Of a DNA stretch of 32,098 nt, positions 10,657 to 21,885 are shown piece after piece. The DNA comes from Hydrurus foetidus (taxonomy: Eukaryota): the NCBI GenBank assembly GCA_900617105.1, contig UYFQ01000864.1:1-32098 (forward strand), read 5' to 3'. Position 1 is the first letter of the stretch, and every line of letters begins with the position of its first letter. Position numbers and translations under genes: made by a program. The notes below the pieces were generated by a model. It was not told where the DNA came from. It searched no databases and was given only the letters and a program-made list of their open reading frames with translations.

Positions 10657-11215
10657 ATAGCGCTATTCGTCCGCCCTTTCTTCTACTACCTCTCAGTCCA
10701 TCTACTTGTCCAGAACTTTTAGATAAGACTTCCTGAGCCATCGCTCGTCCGCCACTGGCCGACTTCTCTTGCAGCTTCGAGCTCAGAGAACTGTAGTTTA
10801 AGTTAGAGAAAGTCAGCATACCTGCTTTCTTGGAATCCCTAAGTTTGGGCTCTTCCATTCTTTAAGTTTCCGGTCGAAGTCGAAAGATCCTTCCCGAGAT
10901 TCATTAAAGATCTGCTCTGACGGTCGATTGAATCACGGATTCATCACCGCCGACATAAGATTAGTCAAGAGACGTCTTCTTGTCGCTGAAAAGCAGCAGC
11001 GTATACCTTAAAAGGTATCCACTTTTTCTACCACTCAAAATTTGGCTCTTAAGCCATTGGACTTTTCAGTTCAAGAGTTGGTTAGAATCCTCTAACGCGT
11101 TGTTACTGACGTTACAGTACCCGTTAGCGAACAAGGCAAACCCCTTGCAAATTTTTTTTGACAAGAGGGGATTGATCTCTGCTGTGTTTAAGCGAGATAC
11201 ATATCTAGTAACGAT

Positions 11216-14200
11216 ATGTCAGCCGCACCTCCATCTCCACCACCTCCTGATGAGGAGGAGATTGCTCGTCTCGCAGCGTTGGCTGCCCTCAATGAGACTA
11301 TTCCAACCAACAGTTCATTGTTTGGTAACAGCTCGCTGACGATGCAACTCCAGAGTGAGGTATTCGTGCTCAGACACAACTTCATTGATGAAGCTGATGC
11401 CATTGAGTTCTACGAACAGGCTCAACGCAATCCCAACATGAAGTTGACGGACTGTATGCAGAAGCAGGCTATCGAACTACTGAACTTCAAAATCTTAGTC
11501 GATCCTGAATTCAACATCATTGATCGTCGACAACGTCATGATTGGTTCACCATACTATCGGTGACTCAGGTAGCCACTCTAGTAGTGAAGTACTTCTGCC
11601 CAAACGGTTTGGGGGAGTGTACTTTGGCAGAGAGTTTTAGCCAAATTCCCTTCCACTACCAGATCGCTAACCACGATCATGAGAATGCCACTTTCATTCG
11701 CTACAACGAATTAGTGAGCAACTATGAAAGGCTGACTATGACTCAGCATGCTGAGCTTATTCAGATCTTGGAGAAGCGCCTAGCTAAGGGTAGTCAAATT
11801 CAACAAGACTACCTGAGAGCGAAAGCAGCTGACACCTCACCACCTAACACGTGGACGTGGTTAAAGACTATGCTACGCATTGGTCAGGTTCTGGCCGAGG
11901 CTAGGTCAATGACGAACCTCATCAAGAGCTACGGCAACCCGGAGGTAGTGTACTCGTTCCCTTCATCGGCTATTCCGCCTGAGGTTGGTAAAAAAGAGAC
12001 AAGCAGAGCAAGTGTTAAGGCACCCTCACCTACTCCATCCGGGACGTCTAAGTCACTTACAGCGACTGTGCGTACAACAGGCTCGTACATTCCGACTCAG
12101 CACGGACTCGCTGTCCGTGCGTCGACGGAAGTGCCGCTCGTGCGGGTCTAAGTCGCACATGTTGATTGATTGCCCCATTCTGTATTACTCCGACTCCAAT
12201 ACAGACCATTCGGCTGATTGGGAGGATTCTACATTGGGTATGGCTTGGGCAGCGGTAGGGTTCACAGAATGGCAACAACATCTCGTACTCCCCGGATACG
12301 AAGATCGCGTTCTGTTACTCCCTAAGGGTTCTAAACCCTACTTGATGTCTAACGACAACAAGCGCCCCAAAAACAGCCATGGTGGCGGTAACAACCCCAA
12401 TGCCTCTGGTGGTTCAGATCGTTCCAACCAGGGACAAGGGGGGTATAACCAAAACCAGGGGAACCACGGTAACCAGGGAGGTGGTTACCATGGCAACCAT
12501 GGAGGGGGTAGAGGTAAGCAGAGGGGAGGATACAACCCCAATGCAAACCAAAACCAGGGTCGTGGATCCGGTGGCAGGGGAAACAAATACAACCCCCCAC
12601 AGGGAAACAACCCTCCCTCCTCCTCCAGTTCAGGTCAGGATCAAGGTAAGAACCTTTATTCTGATGACGTGGCTGCTGTCTTTGACAATGATTCCCATAA
12701 TCTGATGGATAGTCATGTTGAAGAACAGCCATATGTAACTATTCGTGAAGAATTTTTGCATGATCCATCTGTCCTTCCTTCTCATCACCTCAACGTAACT
12801 GTTATCGTGCAGGATAAGGAAAGGACTGGCCCAGCAAGCGAGCTGCGAGCCGTTGGAAGAGCCGTGTTGGACACCGCGAATTACTCGGAGGATTTTATTT
12901 CTTTTACTATGTTAGAAAAATTGAATGCCACTCCGCTCCTACAGCTATCACTGTTTGTAGCGGCCTCGATGGTCAATCTTATTTAAATAACGAAATTTGC
13001 GATTTAAAAATTCTTTTTCATTCTTACGATGGCGAATGCCAGAGCATCAGCTTACCCATGAGGGTGAATAGGAAAACCGAAATTGAAATTTTGTTTAGCC
13101 GTAAGACGGTAAATAAATATGATTTTTGGTCTTTAACTCCGTTTGCTTTCGGCATATCGCCAGAACTTAGCGCGAAAAACAAAAAGAAAAGCGATGCGCG
13201 CAAATGCGAATTCGGTAAGAAGGAAGCTTTGTTGAAACTTGATCCCATGTATCAACATAAGTGTACGCGTCAAATGATAGCGTTGGGTGCCGAACTAGAT
13301 ACAGCTAAAGTCGAGTGTATCACGCCTCATTATGACAAGCTGAAATATCCAGGCGGTAAACCTACCTCTAAAAAGAGGGTAACATATGGAGTACAAGAGT
13401 ACTCATAGAAGAAGAGCGTTTTGCTTGGTCAATCTTCTTCGAAGAGCAACGTCTCCTGTGTCCATTCAATGTCGACATGTAACGATACCCAAAAGGATAT
13501 TGAGGGAGTCGCGACCCAAAATTCCTGTGGTGATGTAAGATGTGAGCGACTGAATAGTGTCACTACTATTCTCGTAAAACGTACGGGTGATACACCGCAC
13601 CTAGGTGGCGACTAGATTCCCACCCTTACACATACCTTTGGGGATTCTGATACCCCCGACTATGTCACTGAGCCTTTATGGCCCAGTGGTGTCGCACTCT
13701 CAGTTGACGAGATTGACGATGGCAAGATAGACACGTTCGCACCCTTCTTAGCGGAGAAGCCTAGTCAAGATGACTTGCCCAAGGGGCCAGAGGATTTCCT
13801 CAACCAGATTACCTTTGAGGGAGATGAAAGCTTTCAAAGGAAGCTCCGAGAGCTCTGTTCTGAATATTCAGACATCTTTAGTGATCAGTTAGCTGAGAAA
13901 CCAGCATCACTTAGACCTTTTGAGATTAACATCCCACTTGAGTTGTGGGGAAAAGACGAAAACCGTACGCCGGTACGTCCCCAGTCATCGACTAAGGAGG
14001 TTGCTCTTAAGGAGAATCTCGATGAGATGCTTGCGTCGGGGGTTATAGAGCGGTCAGATGCTGCTTATTACAGTCATCCTGTAATCGTAACTAAGTCACC
14101 CGGTAAATTTCGAACCTGCATCGATTACCGGCCACTTAATAAGTGCCTGACTCCTGCCTCATTTCCCCTACCGAATATCAAACATCTTTTTGAGAGGATC

Positions 14201-14365
14201 GGTAATAAAAAACCGGATATTTTTGGTGTGATGGATTTGACCGCGAGTTACCATCAAGCACCGTTACACCCCACATCGCATTTTCACAGCATTCATATGC
14301 TTTGCGGGGGTTTTTCAGTTTACGAGACTGCCCTTTGGTCCGTGTCGTGCCCCCTCTTACTTTCA
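11216..14365 (+). pseudogene. Gypsy D gag-pol (Gag, zinc knuckle, Gly/Asn/Gln-rich tract, protease, partial RT), frameshifted
   Basis: CRSCGSKSHMLIDC; AVLDTANYSEDFI; VCSGLD motif shared with Gypsy E; RT motifs in 13775..14365. Confidence 0.85.
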
Positions 14366-15449
14366 ATCTGCCTCTAGTGTCATTGGAGTTGATGGTGATA
14401 CTTTAATTTCATCAACAAGAGATCTACTAATACGAGCGATGAGCTGAAAGTGCTCTTTGATACCATGGCATGTGAATATCGGATCAACTATATCATCTAT
14501 TTGATACGTATCGTAGTACTGTTATCTTTATAGGATCGTTGTCTCGATAGAAGCCGAGGTATTGGGCGGTGAATGCCATGAAGTCATAAACGACTGAGCG
14601 TATTACCGTCTCAGCATATAGTGTGTTATGTAGTACTGAATTGTATGATGTTACACTGTCTATAATATTCAGTACACTAACATACTCTTCGAGACTATGG
14701 ACCTAGGACCAGTATGCTCCAGGCTCATGTGCTGGTAGGGGTGTTTCAAATTTTCCATTAATTAGATATGGATTATATAAATTATATTTGAGAGCATCCG
14801 CCTCTACCTTCTTCCATGGCATGACTACGCATGCTTGTAGCATTGACGCGCCCATACTATATAATAGTCTTAACCATTGTGTATATGGTTTTGTAATATC
14901 CGGACGTCTGTCGTCATGTCTATTAACATGCCACCCAAGTAAAGATGTATAGTAATTTGGTATTTCTTCACCGTCTTTAATAGATGTTGTTATTTTATGT
15001 ATAAAAGATCCAGGCAATATAGAAGTTGTTTGATCGTATCTACCATATTCAGGCATACGTGTATTATATTGGTAATTTTCTGTATGCAAGAAAGCTGCGT
15101 TAACACCCCGTAGAGGAATATTTGGTACTTCATAATTGTTTGCAATATTATTACTCAGAAAACGATGATGCAATTTACGTGTCTCTTCATGTAAGCCTAA
15201 GTGGTCATACATAATTCTTTTATCAGCAATATCTTAATTTTGTCTTGCTGTACGAAGAATTCTTTGTGAGTCTTCGTCGATGCAGACGCGCATGAGTACT
15301 TGGCGTTTTTCTTGAGCTGACTCGAATGGCGCTTCTGATACATTGGACCAGTTAGAGAATCTTCCCTGTTTACCACTAGTATTAGTGTTACGTTGGAGTG
15401 ACATTAGTTTGGTAATAGCCCTTTTTTGATTATTAGAATATTGTCCTAC
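14366..15449 (+). repeat. 1.09-kb direct repeat, copy 2
   Basis: Matches 9357..10448. Confidence 0.97.
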
Positions 15450-17599
15450 ATTCAAACCTTGACCTGCCTTAGGGCCGATGTGGTCAAGTATATTTCTAGG
15501 TAAGTCAATATTAAAAGGTATTTTGGGATTTTGAGGCTGAGTGTGTTTAACATTAGGCGTGTTATCTTTTCTCGCTCTATTATTATCATACCCCTTATCA
15601 CCTTTTGGCTGCATAATATGAGGCCATTTGCATGTAGGGTTTTTACATTGATTACGTTGATATGCGTAACAGTACTGTGCTGTTTTCTCTTGCGGCGATT
15701 CGCCTGCTTTCTTATCAGCTATGTATTTAGGAGTTGGGTCTACTGTTTTCGCCTGTGATGACGAACTAGTACCGTATAAGCTTGCTAGCTGTGCATTATC
15801 CCATGATGGGTCTGGGGGCTGGTATGCAGTCCTGACCGCTGCTAACTGTACTGTTGCAAGGTGTGGCGGGAGTGCGTCTGCGACCCAGAGTATATTTGCC
15901 ATTATATCCGAGTCGATTATTCATCGAGGCTGCGAATGATGACACGATTAGCGGTCTACCATCATCTGAAAAGTGTTTTGCTAAAAAGGCGAGTTTTGTT
16001 TCACTAGAAATCTTTTTGTTATTTGCATATGAAAGATTATTGAACAAATTTCCCATCTAATGAATTCACTACGTACTGTCTTATTTTGATCGACTTTAAA
16101 TAGTGTGATATTATTTTCAGCAATTTGGATATCTTGCTGACGTTGGCCAAACACATGACTAATGATTTGATTGAATGATATAACACCATCTCTTTCTTGA
16201 TGTGCCTCGTTACTGACATAGTGACGGCAATCTTTATGGAAAATTGTATCTAACAGTGAGTATAGTCGATCAACATCGTATGTATAATAATATATGTCGT
16301 CTTCTTCTAGAATAATATCTTTTGTATTTGATATAGTGAAGGATAAGTCTACTCCTGCTACTACTGGTGGTTTATATGGGAGTACTTTCTGTTTCCTATA
16401 TCCGTGCTTATTCTTATCTTGAATGAGAATTGGGCGAGTGCGGTGTCCTTGCACGAGTGTGAGGAGTCCGACAGTATTTAGCAGGGAGTGAATTTGCCGG
16501 AGACGGTAAAATTTGTCAGTAGAGTTAGGATGGATTTGAGAGTTGCTGAACATTTGAATTGCAGCAGCCGAAGTATCTAACCATTTTGATCTTTTTACTC
16601 GTCTATTGCGTTTACGTTTCTTCTTCTTGTATTCCGTTTCGGAGGATGAAGAACTATGGTCCTTATAGTAAATTTTATGGTTATAGCTAGAGGAATCAGA
16701 GCTGGATGACGATAAGTCATCTGGTGGATCCGTAGATTTCTTTTTCTTTTTAGGGATGCAACGTGCATTGCCCTTGCTCTTTTGTGAGGATTCGGACGGG
16801 TCGTCCGATGAGTCGGATGTGTGAGAGATATCCGCGATATGAGTCGGATATCCTTTCTTGTGAGAGATTTTCCGCGAGGAACTCTTCTTCTTCTTATTAT
16901 TATTATTATTGGAATTACTATCTACCTTCCCATTATTATCGTTATTTCCTATGCTCCCCGACACAAGGTCAGCTTCATTCCTAGGGCTATCTACATTGTC
17001 GTTATTTGATGTTTTATTGGAGGACTTCCGTGAATATTGCCGAGACGATTTGTCTGACTTCTTCGTAGACTTGTGGCTTGCGTCGTGTAATTCATTTTCG
17101 CGTAATTTTAATCTATTTTTGCGGCGTCTATCCGATTGAGAGGTCAGTTCATTGTCCTCTCCGTCAGAAGAGCTATCGTCGTCATTTTCCCGACGCATAG
17201 AAAAAAATTTGCGAGGGTTTTCCCTGTAACCATCATTGGATAATTTTTTTCTAGGCCACCCGTGGACGTTAGATCATTTGTATTTCTACTCCTACGTGGT
17301 TGATGGGTGGGATTTGTGGCGCTGCTCCGATCTAGGGGGTTACAAGATGAGGACTGATCGCTATAAGGCTGATCCGTCCTTGCTGCGATGTCACCTGTCG
17401 CATAGACGGCAGGGACCTTCGCAGCATCATCTCTGCTGCCCATCAATCGAAGCAGTGCCCTATCTAAGGCGTTTACTTCGATGGAAGCAACGACTGATTC
17501 AACTTCTGGAGCAGCGGCGATGGGCTCCTGCGGGTTCGTCGGGCTGTTGTCGCTGTTCTCGTTGTCGCTGTTTGTCTGAGAACGAGTCTTCATGGACAT
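14366..17599 (-). pseudogene. Copia C Gag + CCCH finger + unknown domain (frameshifts, in-frame stops at 15234-15236 and 14703-14705)
   Basis: ORF pieces 17144..17599, 15981..17198, 15796..16056, 15234..15902, 14703..15212; finger CYAYQRNQCKNPTCKWPH (C-x7-C-x4-C-x3-H). Confidence 0.75.
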
Positions 17600-17646
17600 T
17601 AAGTCGATGGAATAAGCTTTGGCGGCTGGTCTTTAATAATCTTGGT

Positions 17647-17658
17647 CAATCACTACCA
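17647..17658 (-). other. Primer-binding site of Copia C
   Basis: TGGTAGTGATTG abutting the LTR end; 11/12 identical to the PBS of A. Confidence 0.75.
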
Positions 17659-18080
17659 TGTCAGTTGACAGCAAGCGTGTAAGCGCGGTACCGTGGTCAA
17701 GAGCAAATATGATTTGTGAGGACCCACGATGAAATATCGTGCAACGGGAAAAGAGTTTAATTATGAGTTAGAAACTTGGTTGGCGACACAAAAGGTAACG
17801 AATGGTGGCAAGCAATCTACCTGACAAACGTCTAGAAGTTACTCTGACGTTGCAGTTCCCGAAATGTCAGATCGCAGGAGATAAATCTCTGCATATGATA
17901 AATGAGGTAGTAGTTCATACACTTATACATACTGGAGGGATGGTAGGTGATGAGTCTCGTACTAAATGTTACCCGGGTCTGCTAGGGCTATGTTTGAGGT
18001 ACTATAACAATGGCATAACATACGATATGAAAGGCATTGAGGAAGCGGCTTGACTGTATGCTATTGTGTGTTCCTTAACA
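17659..18080 (-). repeat. 5' LTR of Copia C (~422 bp; outer end inferred)
   Basis: - strand TGTTAAGG...TCAACTGACA; shares short motifs (caagagca, ttagaaact, tctacctg) in the same order as LTR A. Confidence 0.6.
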
Positions 18081-18559
18081 TGCATTTAAACACTAAAATG
18101 TGATTTATCTATGATTCTAATTGGTGATTAACTTAACGGTATATACGGCTGTAACATGCACTTATGGCAGTCGTAAGCCGACAATCACCGCCACTATCAT
18201 CTTCAGCTCGACTCGAAAATTCGCCATGGCGACTTTTGGTGCCAAAGACTGTGAGGCTGACCGGCATGTGACAAGGAAAGGACAAACTATTAGGTTCTAT
18301 TTAATTCATTACAAGGAATACAATTCTATGATGAAATTGAGAGCTCAGCAGCAGATTAATCCAGCACAAGGATCCGTCAAAGAAACGGAGGAGAGCAGCA
18401 GACAAAGACACAATCGATCATATTGTCAACGTCGAAACAAGGCGCATTGTGAAGAAGCTAATGACATTCCGGTAAAGGTCACGAGAATTTAGGATGCCGT
18501 CGAGAATATCATTGTCAGCGCCATTAAGTTGAAGGGCGCCTTCGAGACTATCAGCTTTT

Positions 18560-18985
18560 GTGAGCCAGAGCCAATCAAAGAGGACCATGTGCGATATTTC
18601 CAATGTTACTTGTGTTAGCAATTTCTTGAATGCCTTGAAAGTTGTTTTTCCTGGTTGCACTGAAGTAAAGATTATGATCATGAAATCTCTTGCTGGCGAT
18701 GCGTCCCAACCAACCCACACCGACTATAACACAAAATTCATTACTAATCGAGTGCATGACCTGAAGTGCTTTCATTACTCTGCAATCATTGACATCGAAG
18801 ATGGCACACACCTGCTCACAACGACAGATAAAGTTCGAGTCGATATTTCCAACAACTCGTTGATAATTTTCCGCGGTGATTTCCCTCACGCCGGCGGAGG
18901 ATATGCCAAAAAGAATACACGGATCTTCACATCAATGTCATGTCCACTAGCACCTCTCGACTCGTCTGTCTACATTGTAATATAA
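18560..18985 (+). CDS. 2-oxoglutarate/Fe(II) dioxygenase-like domain (5' end unclear, possibly degenerate)
   Basis: QPTHTDY (HxD) ... IIFRGDFPHAGGGY (distal His) ... NTRIF (Arg): typical double-stranded beta-helix 2OG-Fe(II) signature. Confidence 0.7.
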   Translation: MSQSQSKRTMCDISNVTCVSNFLNALKVVFPGCTEVKIMIMKSLAGDASQPTHTDYNTKFITNRVHDLKCFHYSAIIDIEDGTHLLTTTDKVRVDISNNSLIIFRGDFPHAGGGYAKKNTRIFTSMSCPLAPLDSSVYIVI

Positions 18986-19201
18986 ATATTTTTCGATATC
19001 GATTCGATTCTCATTCATCTTCATTTTTCATGGAGCCGAGTAAAAGTTTCAGGGCAACGAAGTTCAGTTAATCTGAGTTAATTATTTCGAGTTCAATGCA
19101 GCTAACATTCTTTCAGTCTGACGCATACTCATTTCATGCTGCATTTTGCGGGCTACTATGTCATCTCCCAAGTGTAGACGCCGGGCCTCTCTGTTCTCCT
19201 C

Positions 19202-19472
19202 TGTGGTCGGATCGGCTATACCGGGCCTACGGGCCATACCGGACCTAGTCCCGATCCATCCGATCCTGCCGCCTACTGTACATATACATCTCTAGCACAG
19301 CTGCTAGCTAGCTCCAGCCTTCTCATAGAAGTTTACAACGTCTTTTCAATTCGCATGTGTTTAGTTTCTAATTCTTAACGAATATTCGATACTCAACTCC
19401 CAAACTTCTTCGCCTGGTTGCTTGTGCTCTTGGCCTCCTGCGACCTCATTGATCGTCCCTGATCAACTGACA
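19202..19472 (+). repeat. Chimeric LTR remnant: 5' ~134 bp of a Gypsy D-family LTR fused to the 3' 137 bp of a Copia A-family LTR
   Basis: 19202..19335 aligns with 10449..~10582; 19336..19472 is the reverse complement of 4579..4715 with 2 mismatches. Confidence 0.9.
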
Positions 19473-19474
19473 AA

Positions 19475-19678
19475 ATGATTAACAAAAGTAATAAAAGTTC
19501 ATTTACTAGCTGGGATGATAGGAAATACTACAGTGGAAATGTCCGTGTCGTAAGTCCAGTTTTAGCCGAAAATCAAACCAGTTGTGTTACCGTGTTTAAG
19601 TGCACATGTCAGAAGTACTTAGACGAGTATGAATGTGTACATACTGTGGCTATGTCAGTTGCTAAGGTACTAAATTAA
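19475..19678 (+). pseudogene. SWIM zinc finger, probable C-terminal remnant of a Mutator-like (MULE) transposase
   Basis: FKCTCQKYLDEYECVHTVAM = CxC-x8-CxH; upstream part is replaced by the LTR remnant. Confidence 0.65.
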
Positions 19679-19687
19679 AAGCTGTTT

Positions 19688-20626
19688 TTGTATCATAACT
19701 TATTTAAGTTATCTAACGTTTTGCTCCTTTTTAAATCCTCAACAGGAGGTGAAGATGAAGTGTTTGTCATTATTGACAATACTTCATCATTAAAAGGCTT
19801 TCAGTGGGCAAACATGTCATGTTCTTACGATGCTGTATTCACGACATTGTGGATTGTCTATTCTACTGGTACTGAAAAGTTAAGAGCTGCATTTGATGAT
19901 ACACTCCCATTCATGGGAGAGATGTTTACACAAATGACAAACAACACTACATCAGCAGCAGAGGCTAATAATAAGCTTTGAGATTACTACTATAAATCAA
20001 GTAGGAAGAAGTGTTTCGCTAGAGGAGTTTACCAATCAGTACCGGAAGTTATTGGACATCTATTATCACAGTGTATCATACCTATTCACGATGAAGGTAT
20101 GCTTGATCTCTTTGATTTCAAAAATCCATGTCACAAAAAGTGCCCACATGATTCCTGCGAATTGATATCAGATTTAGAATCAGATCATTGCATATTCTTT
20201 AATAATGATATCGATTACACTTTAAGCCTAAGCTATATGATACAAGAACATTTTAGGTTGGAACCAGTAAATTATTTGTGTGTTGAATGCCGGCTCAAAA
20301 TGAGCCTTACTTATGAATTGGTGGGGTGTCCCCAGATTGCATGCATCTGTTTTACGGGTAAAGATGTGGAAAGTAATTTTGAAAGAGTAATACATATTGG
20401 GGTAGTAGAGTACAAGCTACTTTCTGTGGTGTATCTAGTGGGTAGTAATCATTTCATTTGCAGATTTTGTTTAGACAATGTAGCGTATGAGTATGATGGA
20501 ATTGTTAGATTTGGGGCATTTAGGGAAGTCACATATGATCCACCTTTCCCTGGTACTACGTATGATGCCAACTCCGACAAAGTAATGGAAGTTCAAGCTG
20601 TGTATTACACGAGAAGTCAACCATAA
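19688..20626 (+). pseudogene. USP/peptidase C19-like cysteine protease domain with one in-frame TGA (19979-19981)
   Basis: Cys box GFQWANMSCSYDA, zinc-ribbon-like CPHDSC...CVEC, His box GSNHFICRF...YEYDG; ORFs 19688 and 20099 are in the same frame. Confidence 0.65.
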
Positions 20627-21546
20627 CTTGCACTCATCACTTGAAGCAATACATTCAATTAAGCATCATACTTTCATATATAATGCAGCGTATTAATCTT
20701 CTCGTACTAATTACATATACTGTATGTATACTAATCATTTCGACTATAATTGTCACATCTCGTACATACGCCTTAAACGATAATATACACACACTTGCCG
20801 TATTTCGCCCATTTTATCCTCTGATATAACTAACATAACTCAATACCACTTTTGATATTTGTTTGGTCAGAGAGTATCAGTAAGTGTTAACATCATAGTT
20901 GAACAATGTTTACAGAGAAATGGGCCTCGAAAGATTGCAAGCGAAATTCAATGAACGGTTATTTGAGACGCCGTAAAAATGAAAATATAGAACTGGTATG
21001 ATGCCCTCACCTGCTGTTTACCAGCTACACTTACAAAGCGCTCGTAATTCGGCGTAACTGTTACACTAAACTGCGCTATATAAGTGGATCGAATCATTGG
21101 AGCAGCACTTGGACTGAAAGCGATAAGGTAGGAGAAAAATACGAGAAGAAAGAGACTAAAAAAACGAAAGTGTGGAAGTAAGCAATTTCCGCCAGCCTTC
21201 GACCGTTATATGATCAATTAAAGAAACGATATTCATTACACGTTCATGTTGTTTTATAAAAAAAATAAGACAGAGAGAGAATGCAAGAGTGCAATTGGTC
21301 TATGATGGAGGCTACACGAAAGGTAAAAAAAGTAAGTAAATTTGTAAGATGCCCTAACCTACTGTTCCTCTACATCCGATAAACTGTTGAAACACTGGGA
21401 ATCTGGCGTTGTCGGTGAAATCAACGGCAGTTAACCACAGCGGATGTTGGAGTGGCACGTGGACGAGAAGTTGGTACAACATTAGAAAAGACGTTGATGC
21501 AGCAGCGCAGCGCCATGACTAGACTTCGGTGCAGCGTTATGACTAG

Positions 21547-21810
21547 TGTAGCCTCACTGTATCTGTACTGCATGTACGGATACACTGTGACTGTATACTA
21601 TACCTGTACTGTAGATTCTAGAACGGACCCAAAGTCCGGTACAGTTTTCTTTTCTTTTCGTTTCCACGCGAGTACACATCACTGTAGATACTACTGCTTG
21701 TTTCTCGCTGTAAACTATAAGAATACTCTTCCACCTCCCCCATCTTCGTTTTTCGCCTCCGTCCTCGTCCATCGTCCTCGTCCACCGTCCTTTGGTCACC
21801 AACGACCATA
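21547..21810 (+). repeat. 5' LTR of Gypsy E
   Basis: TGTAGCC...GACCATA; matches 27019..27282. Confidence 0.95.
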
Positions 21811-21885
21811 ATATCGATATTTGGTTCTACGACCAAAATTCTGTCCTTTTATTCCTCCATCTTTTCTCGAGAAAATTTTCAGAGC

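Larger units (their letters stand above)
10449..14365 (+). mobile_element. Ty3/Gypsy LTR retrotransposon D, 3'-truncated within RT
   Basis: Sharp junction from Copia C sequence into TGTGGTC at 10449; gag, CCHC knuckle, protease-like motif, RT N-terminal motifs (FRTCIDYRPLN, MDLTASYHQ, RLPFG); breaks after APSYFQ. Confidence 0.9.
8545..18080 (-). mobile_element. Ty1/Copia LTR retrotransposon C (relative of A), interrupted by Gypsy D and by Copia B
   Basis: LTR ending TCAACTGACA like A, PBS TGGTAGTGATTG, and colinear protein similarity to A (AKVPAVYATGDIAARTDQP vs AKVDAPYGTVDIALRADLP; LLTLVQGHRTRP; CCCH finger; DFMAFTAQYLGFY vs DFMAFAGQHLGYY). Confidence 0.8.

Noticed and set aside
800..18053. 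Many 60-150 aa antisense or alternate-frame ORFs in the ORF track
   Set aside because: Shadows of retrotransposon coding regions or LTRs with no independent evidence.
21452..21836. Short ORFs over the Gypsy E LTRs (also 26936..27301)
   Set aside because: They run across the LTR/flank boundaries and show no recognisable motifs.
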